DNA of 64,000 nt from positions 49,240 through 113,239 of the forward strand of contig NIVC01003188.1 in NCBI GenBank assembly GCA_002269645.1, read 5' to 3'. A model generated the notes under the pieces. It made no database searches. It was not told the origin of the DNA and worked only from the letters and a program-made list of their open reading frames with translations. Made by a program: the position numbers and the translations under genes. Each line of letters opens with the position of its first letter. Positions within the stretch are counted from its first letter, which is position 1. Origin of the DNA: Macrostomum lignano. Its lineage: Eukaryota. Below, one piece after another: positions 1 to 13,669 of this stretch.

Positions 1-1250
1 GTAAAAAAAATGCATTTTAAATGGATAATAGGTTTAAAAAATAAGATAGGGAAAGACAAAAAAGGTTGTTGCGGAAAGGAGCGATACAAATTTGTATGGA
101 CTGCCTTCATTATATATATGACTCATGTTTTATGACAGAAAAATTATATAAATAGGACGATTAAAATTAATAGTTGTAGACACAGATTTTTTATTTTTTC
201 GTTTATATTGATGCGAAATATACACGAAATTACTACATATTTGTATTATATTTTTAATTTCAGTGAAACTATTTATTTATCACTATTTAAAAGTACTGTG
301 TACATACTAGCATTTTTCGGAGTTCCTTTGCAATTATTCAGTATAATGTGCATATACTATATGTGCATATGCTATTTAAGCGGTGCATTTATCTACTGTT
401 TATACTTTGTATTTAGCATGTTCGTTATCTTTAAATTTTCGTGTTTAAAATTTTTAGAGCAATTTTTTTCTACCGGGTTAGAAAGCACGAACTGAAACAC
501 CTACGAAAGTTATAACAAAAACAACGACTAATAAACTTATTAAAGCATATTGTATATAAAGTACCTGCATAAATGTTGTTCTTATGCAACTTTATTCAAA
601 AAATTAAACTTTGTTAGTAAATTTCGATCGCGGTATCTACTATAAATATTTCACCTCTTTCGCTTTATGCTAATTTTAAGATTTGAGCAATTCAAGAGCT
701 TTGATGAGAGCGCGTGACACAGCACCAATAAAACAACTCAAAGAAGTGTATGTAGACAGTGATAAAAAATCATCAGAAACTTTACATTTCTTGGAAACTA
801 TAGTGCTTCATTACTAAATTTAAATGGTGAGCCTAATGAAGAATTGATTTGATTTTATTGTGTAATTCCGAACATTTTTTTGTCTAAAAAATTAATAGAA
901 TAAATGTTTTTTATGGATATACAACTGGAGTAAAAACTTGTTTTTAAGCAAATTTTTTTATATATCAGCAATGAAAATATAAATGAAAATTTTAAGTCTC
1001 AAGTTTCAATTGAACATTTTTGAAAATGTTTCTAGTCGTAGTTTCTCTTTTTCGGAAAATATTGAGATAAATTTTACCGTAAGTAAACTCAATTCAAACG
1101 AAATGAAAGATTTCAAATTAAAACGAAATGAAAGAATAGTTAAAAAATATTTTTTAAAGTTTTTCTCATCTACACCATGACAAGTTTTTAATGCCAAGTT
1201 AAAGGCAGTATAGCAGAATGTGTTTGTTAAATATAAAATTATTTTTTTAG

Positions 1251-2740
1251 TATAACTTTTTCGACGGACATGAGCCAATTTTCCAATTTATCAATCGCCA
1301 ATTCACCTCTCAACGCTCCTCCCATCAGCAGCAACAGCGGCATCACTGGCCACCCGACGAGTTTCGCGTGATCGAGTTGCATCACATGAAGCTCGGCCAC
1401 TTCCTGGCCTACAACTGCTTGGGCAACGCGGCGATGCACGCGGCGCTGTATCCGCTGGCCCTGGCGCGCACTCGGATCACTGCGCAGCCCGGCCGGCTGG
1501 AGTACAGCGGCTTCGCGCACTGCCTGCGATCCGTGCTAGCCCACGAGGGCCTGCGCGGCCTCTACGCCGGAGCGTGGACGCGCGCTGCTCACGTGATCAA
1601 CGCCGCTTTAGTTGGGGTCACCTACGAGACGGTGCGCGCCTCGGCAGAGCCGCTGCCAGCGCCGGCGCGTGGTGCCGTTGCCGGCGGATGCGCCGCGCTC
1701 GCCTCCCAAGCGCTGCTGGTGCCCGCCGACGTGGTCACCCAGCACATCATGCTGCTGCCCATGGCGCGGCTCAGTCCCGTGGCCGCCACGGTTGCCATGG
1801 CGCCCGGGGCCGGCTGGCTAGGCCAGGCAGGAGCTGTGATTCGCTGGATCCGACGGAGGCACGGGCTGGCGGGCTTCTACAAGGTGAGGCCGATCACCAA
1901 GCTGACACACTTTTGTGAGCAGTTCAATTGCAACTCGGATTTTGCAAAGTAAACGGAATTAAGCTAGTCTTTGAAACGTTTGAATACATGTAATTTATCA
2001 ATCTTTACGCTCACACGTCCAAAGACCATGAGTTCGATTCCGCGCACTGCCAAAGTAGCTTGAGGCTCGTGCAAGGAAATAAGTCGATGGGGACTGGACG
2101 CTCCTTGTCGTGCGATTCACACCCATGAGGGCCAACTCCTTTAAAGCAAAGAGTGCGCGGATGTCCTTGAACACGTCAATGTTGCATAATTGAAGGTCGT
2201 ACACCACGTATGCCCCTGTGCGCTTGCGTGCTCAAGGTTCAGCTGAATGGGCATGTCTGCTATAAAATACGAGTTTATCTCAGAAAACTCTGGCTGAGGC
2301 AACTCGATTTTGCATCTACATGTAACTCCTCGCCTGTCCATCCCCAGGGAGGTCTGTGGTCGCTAGTGCTGTTCCTGCCCAACTCGGCGGCCATGTGGTC
2401 CGCCTATAGCGCCTACTGCGACTGGCTCTACCGCTGGCTCGATTCGCCTCCTCGACTGGCCGTCCAGCTCACCGCGGCACCGCTGGCAGGCGCCACGGCC
2501 GGTCTGCTGACCAACCCCATCGATGTCCTGCGCCTCCGCGTCATGCTGCAGGCCGACCGCGGTGCCGGCGCTAGGGACGCACTGCGTCGACTCTGGGCCG
2601 AGGAGGGACCGGCCTGGCTGGCCAAGGGCCTGAGCGCCCGCCTGGCGCAGTCAGCTCTGTTTAGCTTCCTGTTTGTACTTTATTATGAGCCGGCTAAGCG
2701 GCTGGCGCTAAAAGACGAATTCAAAGGCGCCCTGCTTTGA
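1251..2740 (+). CDS. SLC25A44: Mitochondrial carrier, SLC25A44-like; exons ~1251/1270-1883 and 2348-2740; start unresolved
   Basis: EFRVIELHHMKLGHFL matches the SLC25A44 N-terminus (IIEWEHLDK). Carrier signatures YPLALARTR, VPADVVTQH and NPIDVLRLR are present. The phase-0 intron 1884-2347 (AAG|gtgagg ... ccccag|GGA) joins GFYK to GGLWSLVLFLPNSAAMWSAY, matching GFYRGYVASLLTYIPNSAVWW. Confidence 0.88.
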
Positions 2741-2850
2741 CCACCGAGTCTATTCGTAATGTCTCTAAGTCGATGGACTTCGATCCCCGCGGTTGAAATC
2801 TGTACCACAATCGTCTCATGTGACCAGACTTGTTTCCATCCAAACCAAAG

Positions 2851-3080
2851 TGACGTCATCCGATCTGACCTTTGTCCGTATTAACCCGGTCTGACGTCAT
2901 CCGATCTGACCTTTGACCGCATTTAACCTGGTCTGACGTCATCCAGTCTGACCTTTGACCGCATTTAACCCGGTCTGACACAATCCGATCTGAACTTTGA
3001 CCGTAACCTGGTCTGACGTCATCCGATCTGACCTTTGACCGTATTTAACCTGGTCTGACGTCATCCGATCTGACCTTGAA
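2851..3080. repeat. ~42-bp minisatellite, 6 units, containing TGACGTCA and TGACCTTTGACC
   Basis: Unit ~TGACGTCATCCGATCTGACCTTTGACCGCATTTAACCYGGTC starts at 2851, 2892, 2934, 2976, 3014 and 3056. Confidence 0.9.
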
Positions 3081-4066
3081 CTTAATTAAGCGGAGTGACT
3101 CGTTAAAGCTACTGTTTCATCTTTGCGTCTTCTTACACAACTCTTACTCAAGTATGCTTCACTTGAGCAGTTTTGCTGTGCCCGCTCTGTTGCTTGCTCG
3201 TAAGTTTGATTTTCGTGCTGAATAATTTTGTTATTCAGACGTCAACTTGCGCTACTTACAAGCGATAGTCCACTCTGGCCACGCTGAACCCCCTGACCCG
3301 ATCCAAGGTACAGAAAGCACGAGGTAGACTCGACTGATAAAGTATCGACTGACTTTAATTGCACTGACAGTTTATTAAGAATTGTAGTTGTTATTGGATA
3401 TTACCAGATTCCTATATTCAGATGAATTCTAAAACACCACCTACAGGTTAACTGCTTGCTTTATGCGCTTGTATTTGCATTTAAAATACACGTACGAGTA
3501 ATACTGTTAAATTGTTTGCCACTAAGAGTAACTTCTTTCAAACTCAAATTATCATTATATTCAATTGAAAACCCGAAATTCAAGTACATCATGGACTTCA
3601 ATGGTTTACCTTCGTCAGTCAAGTGTAGCCACAGATTCTATATTACCTAGATGTGCCACTCCAGCGGCCGTCTCCGAGGCCCCCGTGGCCCGGAGGCAGC
3701 AGCAGCTAGTCAATAGAGCCAATCAAGTGGAAAATTCCATACAGAATCAGTGCCAAATGTCAGAAATGAAGCTTTGTGGCCAGCATAATTAATTGTCTTT
3801 CAACCAGAGAGAAGAGCTCTGAATATCGCCGTACCAACTAAGCCAGATCTTGTTTAACTCGGAAAAAAAACCGGCATCAGATCGGATTTTCCGAGTCTAT
3901 TTTTAGAAACACGTCAATGTTGCACGCACTGTGCACGTGGGACTGGGTGAGAATTCAAGCAGGCCAAAAATAACAGCACCCACTCATTTCACTCGTGTCC
4001 GCACAGACACTACTGCCCAATTGATAGTTAGTCTACTGTACTGCATTGCTATTGTGAAGTTTCAAA

Positions 4067-4137
4067 GGATCGGAGGGCCGGATAGAGAGGCTTTGCGGGC
4101 CGCATGTGGCCCACGGACCGGAGTTCGCTGAGCCCTG
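4067..4137 (-). mobile_element. hAT-like DNA transposon terminal fragment
   Basis: The minus strand reads CAGGGCTCAGCGAACTCCGGTCCGTGGGCCACATGCGGCCCGC, resembling the CAGGG...GGCCACATGCGGCCCG termini of hAT/Charlie non-autonomous elements. No partner end was found. Confidence 0.5.
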
Positions 4138-4819
4138 CCTTAGGCTGATAAATAAGGACAAAGATGTTGGGGATAAATAACCTACAATGTTGTGCAGTTC
4201 ACTGAACGCTTGCTAAAAGCAATCAAAAGCAAGTTAATCTCTTTAGTTTAGTATATTTGGCAATTTCCAAAAAACACCTGTTGTCAGACAAGGTTATAAG
4301 GGTGAGAGCTAGCCACTGTCTCACAGCATCTGCTTGGCAAATTGAAGCATTTAGAGCACTCTCTGCATAGCACCAACCTACTCGGACAGGCTATAAAACA
4401 GTTTCTAAAAAATGATAGATAAAGCAATTACCCTATATACATACTACTACCGACACGAGCATATCCAGTAGTACCAACAGTATATTCCCTAGTAATTTTT
4501 AGAAAATAAAAAAATGGCTAATGCAATAGATAAAACTGCTGCAACATACAGTGTTGTAAACATTATAAAATGATGAACGATTTGTAATTGGCATCGGAAG
4601 AAGCAAATGTAGTCACATGTAGAAGAAACACAGCTGGAAGAGATCAACACAGCAGAGTAAGCCAAATTCTAAGCTAGCCAAAAATGGCTGTCACATTTTT
4701 TCAAAACAGACCTCTAAATAAAAATGTTTATTCCCATTCATCATAATCATCATGATCACAAAAATCCTACTCAAAACACAATGTTATTAGTATCGAATCT
4801 TGGTCATTCCGCTGACTAC

Positions 4820-4990
4820 TACGCACTCGTACACACGCTCACTCAGGGTGTACATCGGCCCTGACTGTCTAATCGTCAGGCATGTACACTCTGTGTCTTA
4901 GGGGTTGGCTCTCATGGCTGTGAATCCCACGACAACCGCATGGCCGATTTTCACGCACAAGCCCCAAATGCATGCGGTTGCGCAAGTCTT
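4820..4990 (-). mobile_element. Partial copy of tRNA-derived SINE family 2
   Basis: Reverse-complement similarity to 38230-38400 (TTTGGGGCT..., GAGAGCCAACCCC, GTGTACATGCCT.ACGAT, AGGGCCG.TGTACAC). Confidence 0.65.
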
Positions 4991-5346
4991 CTATTATCTA
5001 CCTGTGGCGCTCGGTTTTCCATTTCTATCAGCTGCTAATTTTAAACTGGATGATCCAAGCTAAACACAGTAGAGTCCAGTTACAAAGACAACTTGAGTAC
5101 AATGACAATGACGGGAAACATTTGATTTCTTAGAAAATCTTTGGGGACTGGCTTACTTTGTAGATATGGGCCTTTCTCAAATAATATTAACATCAAAGTG
5201 CTCAAAGACCGCGAGAAGCAATTAGAAATCTTTCGCGACCGCCACCACACCTCAGATGAAATCCTGGCTACGCCATCGGCCTTCAAAAGATTTTAAAAGA
5301 AATGTGGAGTTTCCCGTCCAATTCTACCTAATTAGCCGTCCTTGAT

Positions 5347-7107
5347 TCACAGCGCGGATTGCGAAGTTAAAGCAGGCCCGCCGGCAGGAGAGAGGTTCGA
5401 TTCGGCCAGCACTCGCCGCACCACCCGATCGCAGAGGTCGCGCATGGCTGACGGCTGGCAGCTGTGCTCAAGCCAGGCCAGCGATCGGCCGGACAGCTCA
5501 ACAAAACTCGACGCGTCGCCAGTGGCTGAATTAAACGAATCGAATAATTCGTCCATAACGCCGCGAAAGACGGCCAGTTTAACGCTGTCCGGCACGCGGA
5601 CGGAGGCGGCGGCGGCGGACAGCGAGGAGGCCAGTCTGCCTGAGGCCAGCAACTGGCGGTAGCTTTCTTCGATTACCTGTAGCGCCGCTACCTGCGAGTT
5701 GTTGGGATTAGAAATCTATTATAAAATCTTTTTTTGCCTCTTGAAGCTCTGCTAACTGACTTGCAGCTTTGCAGGGTCATTTTTGGCGACAAATTAATCA
5801 AGTTGATTGTTTTCCCGACATAAATGGCTAGGCTCACAGATGCTATATTAGCTACTTTCCATAAGTAGTATTATCTCGTATTTCTACTACGTATGAGTGT
5901 AAGCCTAGGGGGTTGTAGCTTAGTGGTTAAAGCGTCGGACTGACGACTTGAAGGTCGGGGGTTCGATTCTCGACTCACTAGGAACAATTTGTGTCCTTGA
6001 GCAAGACACTTAACTCTGCATTGCTTCAGTTCACCCAGCTGTGAAATAGGTGCCAGCATTAGCTGGGGTAATTGAGGCTGTTTGTGGCGACCCGTGGCGA
6101 CTATTTTTGGAATTTCCTATTTTTGGATATTAAATTCTATGCTATTGGTACGGCGCTTCGTGGCGCTCGATTATTTTCTCGGAAAATCAGAAATCGGAAA
6201 ATCGAGCTAAAGCTCGATAATTAATTAGAAAGAATTAATTATTTCTACCTTCGAGTCTTCTCTAAGACTCTAACTCGTCTTTAATTGCCTATCCTCACGC
6301 CAGATGTTTAACCACCCAAGCAATGTATACTGACCCGCAACTAAATGTACATTATTCCTTCAGTTCTTATTTTACCCCCCCCTCCTTAATTTCTTGCCTA
6401 TCCTCTCGCTCTGGGGTTTAGGTATCTACTATGTACATTAACTACTGTACGTTGTTTTCTGCCTTTCATTTCTAACTCTAGCCCCAGTTTTATGGCCTAT
6501 CATCAAGTCAGGGGTAAAACTTCTATCAATGTACGCTGTCCCGCTAGAAAATTTACATTACTCTCGCCATTAAATTACAGCCTATTCATTTTATTTCCAA
6601 TCCTCAGGCCCGGGGTTAAAGCATCAAACTTTTACGCACAAAAGTACATTTTAGCTACTATTAACATTTTATATTTGTATAGTAGCTTTATATCAATTAC
6701 TAATCCAGCACACAGAAACTACAGCAACTTCACTTGCTACTTGCAAGTATAATAAGCTGAAAGTACAAAGAATTAACCTGTTTTTTCAAGCAGTCCAACT
6801 CGGCCTCCTGCAGTTCCCGCTGCCTATTTAGAGACTCCATGTGCCGAATCGATCGCTGCAGGATTGTCGCCTTGCTAAGCGCGGCTCCTTTGCCGCCGCC
6901 GTCGCCGGTCCCGCCGCCAGACTGGACCAGTTCGCTCAGCCTCTCGTAGCCCAGCTTAATGCTGTCGCGCCGTTTCTGCTCGGATTGCAGGTGCAACTCC
7001 CGACGCCTGTCCGCGGCCGCTGCTGCGGCGGCTGCGGCATCATCATTACACTGCTGCTGTTGCTGCTTGCGCTCTTCATCGGACTGAGTAGTCTTGAGCA
7101 TGACCAT
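5347..7107 (-). CDS. MLX: Max-like protein X (bHLH-ZIP); exons 7107-6778 and 5691-5347, ~224 aa
   Basis: bHLH-ZIP QSEQKRRDSIKLGYERL...LSKATILQRSIRHMESL. A phase-0 splice (CAG|gttaat ... ctcgcag|GTA) gives KKQ-VAALQVIEESY. The MLX-specific C-terminal domain VKLAVFRGVMDELFDSFN...FVELSGRSLAWLEHSCQP follows. The start codon is approximate. Confidence 0.9.
5908..6100 (+). mobile_element. tRNA-derived CORE-type SINE (family 1), 3'-truncated
   Basis: A box (TAGCTTAGTGG) and B box (GTTCGATTC), then the CORE-like GTGTCCTTGAGCAAGACACTTAACTC...CAGTTCACCCAGCTGT. Three further copies occur in the window. Confidence 0.8.
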
Positions 7108-7240
7108 TAAAGTATAATGGATTTCTGGTGTATTAGTGCTTGAATTTCTCTCACAGATCTTTGCAACCTTCACCAATAGTGGACAAGATAAAGTGCCAGT
7201 TGATGCCCACTGAGTGCTAGCTAATTACCACTGAGTGCGA

Positions 7241-7586
7241 GCTAATACCCTCCAGATGCCAGCTAATACCCTCTAGATGCTTGCAAATACCCTATAGATG
7301 CTTGCAAATACCCTCTAGATGCTTGCAAATACCCTATAGATGTCTGTAAATACCCTCTAGATGCCAGCCAATACCGTCTAGATGCCAGCCAATACCCTCT
7401 AGATGCCAGCTAATACCCTCTAGATGCCAGCTAATACCCTCTAGATGCCAGCTAATACCCTCTAGATGCCAGCTAATACCCTCTAGATGCCAGCTAATAC
7501 CCTCTAGATGCCAGCTAATACCCTCTAGATGCCAGCTAATATCCTCTAGATGCCAGCTAATACCCTCTATATGCCAGCTAATACCC
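7241..7586. repeat. 21-bp minisatellite (CTAGATGCCAGCTAATACCCT)n upstream of MLX
   Basis: About 16 direct tandem copies; explains the WHLEGIS-repeat ORF. Confidence 0.95.
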
Positions 7587-8269
7587 ACAAACAAATAGTT
7601 GTTACCTACTAAAAGCTACCTCAAAATGAAGCAGAAAGCAAAGCGAGACTGAAGGAACGAATGAGTGCGATTGAAATTATTACAATTATTCAGGTACCGA
7701 TTTAATTATGCGCGCAGATTTCTGAATAACTGGCAGGCCAGCACTATAGTTTTGTGCAGAAAATTGAAAGAAAAAAATGTGCTAAGAAAGCATATTAGAC
7801 AATAAATGAAATTATTTGATCACCAATTTATAGGAATCATATACATATACATATATTGTTTCTGTTGGTGTGTATAGAGTATTAGAAAATTGAATATATT
7901 AATGAAAAGGCCGGTTAAATGTATAAAAAAAACGAGGTGCTTTTTGAACACAACAGGGAATGCTTTTCATTAAAAAAATTAAAAGACAGCTGTGCAAAAG
8001 GATTTTGTAAAGGAATTTGAGGCTTAAATCTGCTTCCTTCCTTTTAATAAAGAAAACTTAACATTGCCGTCAGTCAGCCAATCAGTGAATAAATTTTTAT
8101 ATTCAAATGCACATATAACTATAACAAACTAAATTATGGCATAATTTTAAATATCTTGATTTTTTATTGGACTACTAAGAGTAGTAGATAACAGAAGTTC
8201 ATAAGGCACGGCGAAACAAATCATGAATTGAAACACCGCCGCACTTCAGTTGACATTTACCTAAAAAAG

Positions 8270-8530
8270 TGCCAGTTGACACCCTTAAAAGTGCCAGTTG
8301 ACACCCTTAAAGTACCAGTTGACACCCTTAAAGTACCAGTTGACACCCTTAAAAGTGCCAGTTGACACCCTTAAAAGTACCAGTTGACACCCTTAAAGTA
8401 CCAGTTGACACCCTTAAAGTACCAGTTGACACCCTTAAAGTACCAGTTGACACCCTTAAAAGTGCCATTTGACACCCTTAAAACCCTTAAAAATGCCAGG
8501 TGACACCCCTAAAAGTGCCAGTTGACACCC
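8270..8530. repeat. 21/22-bp minisatellite (CCAGTTGACACCCTTAAAGTA)n
   Basis: About 12 direct tandem copies. Confidence 0.95.
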
Positions 8531-8959
8531 TCAAAATTGCTGGGTGACAATGTGACTGAGCATAGTAGTACTCAGACAAAAGTTAATAATAAAAAACCTA
8601 AAGCTACACAGAGCACGAAGAGACTTGGACACAATGCATTTGTTGAGTTAACAAACTCCTATAAAGTTAGATCAGATACACAGGAAGGCAAGCACAGAAC
8701 ATTGGACAATAATAAAATAAGATTGGCTAAAATATTTTACCCAGTTGAAATTAGCCCATATTATAACTATAGTCCCAATTGGACATTGCTCAGCAAATGA
8801 CAATCTGAACTATAGTACAAAAGCGATTAACCTACAGAAACAAACTTTTGTTTAATCACAACATTGCTGAGAAGAATGGAAAAATTGCTTCAATAGCGTC
8901 GGGGCTTCTTTTTTAAATAAAAAACTGTACTAAATGATAACTGTACTCTTGGGAGGGCG

Positions 8960-9716
8960 GTGGAGGCCCAGCAGCTGAGGATCTGAGATGGTGGCCTAGC
9001 AGCTGAGGATCTGGGATGGTGGCCTAGCAGCTGAGGATCTGAGATGGTGGCCTAGCAGCTGAGGATCTGAGATGGTGGCCTAGCAGCTGAGGATCTGGGA
9101 GGCTGGCCGAGCAACTGACACTCTGGGAGGCTGGCCCAGCAACTGAGGATCTGGGAGGCTGGTTCAGCAACTGAGGATCTGGGAGGCTGGTTCAGCAACT
9201 GGGGATCTGGGAGGCTGGCCGAGCAACTGACACTCCGGGAGGCTGGCCGAGCAACTGACACTCTGGGAGGCTGGCCCAGCAACTGAGGATCTGGGAGGCT
9301 GGTTCAGCAACTGAGGATCTGGGAGGCTGGTTCAGCAACTGTGGATCTGGGAGGCTGGCCCAGCAACTGAGGATCTGGGAGGCTGGCCCAGCAACTGAGG
9401 ATCTGGGAGGCTGGCCCAGCAACTGTGGATCTGGGAGGCTGGCCCAGCAACTGAGGATCTGGGAGGCTGGTTCAGCAACTGAGGATCTGGGAGGCTGGCC
9501 CAGCAACTGTGGATCTGGGAGGCTGGCCCAGCAACTGAGGATCTGGGAGGCTGGTTCAGCAACTGTGGATCTGGGAGGCTGGTTCAGCAACTGAGGATCT
9601 GGGAGGCTGGCCCAGCAACTGACACTCTGGGAGGGCGGCCCAGCAGCTGAGGATCTGGGAGGCTGGCCCAGCAACTGACACTCTGGGAGGGCGGCCCAGC
9701 AGCTGAGGATCTGGAA
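8960..9716. repeat. 28-bp minisatellite (GGCTGGCCCAGCAACTGAGGATCTGGGA)n downstream of Rab11
   Basis: About 27 tandem copies with variants; explains several repetitive ORFs. Confidence 0.95.
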
Positions 9717-9826
9717 GGGTGGCGATAGACAAAATAACAAATGCCTCAAACAGACAGCAACAGTTCATTCAAAGTGGAACTAAGCAGAACCAGCAGTCCC
9801 AGCCAATCAGCGCATCCTGAGAGCAT

Positions 9827-12487
<2,661 letters not shown>

Positions 12488-13669
12488 GATAGCCAATTTA
12501 AGCAGATTTAAATGAAAAATAAACTTCTTTTAAAATGAATATTTTCGAGCTTGACAAATCTAACTAAATTAAATATCGTAGATGCAGTTGCAGATTACTA
12601 GGACTTATTAATCTGTCGTCACCCGTACCGCTAACTTCAAGCGCCAGGCTTCGCTCATCATAATAATGCCTCCGAAATAAAGAAGTTAAAATATTGGATA
12701 CTTTAGCAACCGATAAAAACAAAGGTAATACATAGAAACTGTTATAAAGCTTCTATTGTACGTTGCCTGCTTCTTTTAAGCATAAACTGATATTTGAACT
12801 GATTTAAGGAGCAAAACTAAATGAAAAAACGAATTTTGTGAAAAGCGGCTGCAGGTTTACTTAATTGTGAATCATCAGTGAGCAATCTGCGGTGTCTTTA
12901 ATATTTCTGGCAACCTTGCGAAATTACTATTCTCAGATTCACGCCTAACTTAATTTTACTGTAGCCTCTCCTTCTTAAAAAGTACTACCAATTCTATAGA
13001 AAACTGAAAACCTGTATTATGGCTTTCGGGCTTGATTTATTCGTATCCATGTGCATATGCATATCATTTTTAGTAAATTTTCTAAGTGACTACAGTGACT
13101 TACAGTGACTTTTAAATTGTTGAAAATAGAAAACTTTTAGCGAAACGTGAACAACTACAATCCAATTTGCAGCAGTTACATGTGGCTAATAGTGTATTTA
13201 ATCAAATTTAAAGTATGCATATACGAACTAGCATACATCTACAATTAGTTTCTATTTGTAATTGCAATATAGAAAAAAATACATATTTGCTACTTGTGCA
13301 TGTACGTGTATTTTTCGAAACAGTTCGGAATATCATTCAACTTCTTTTCATCCCAAATCAACTTCTGTTAATCGTAGCCTAAATATTCTCGTTCATTCAT
13401 ATTCACAGACTTGTCCCAAAAATGTCCCTAGGAATGTACAAGAGAAGTACATTCCATATAAATTTCATTCAAATCCATCTATCTAATCCTGCAGCCAATC
13501 ATCTTATTCTCAAATATTAGGCAAACATGAGCATGCAAACATACATGCATACACGCAAAACATACACGCATAAGTGTACAATGCAATGATGCGAGACTTA
13601 AAAGTACACGTACGATTACAAAGGAAAGAATCTCTGATATGCAAAAAACGTCTCACTATTTTATAGTCT

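Noticed and set aside
1-1240. AT-rich ORFs 208-495, 983-1180 and 1006-1278
   Set aside because: Low-complexity F/I/K/Y-rich translations typical of non-coding AT-rich DNA.
5908-5985. tRNA genes at 5908, 20741, 38159 and 50518
   Set aside because: They have A/B boxes but no proper acceptor-stem closure and run into shared repeat bodies with tails and TSDs; they are SINE heads.
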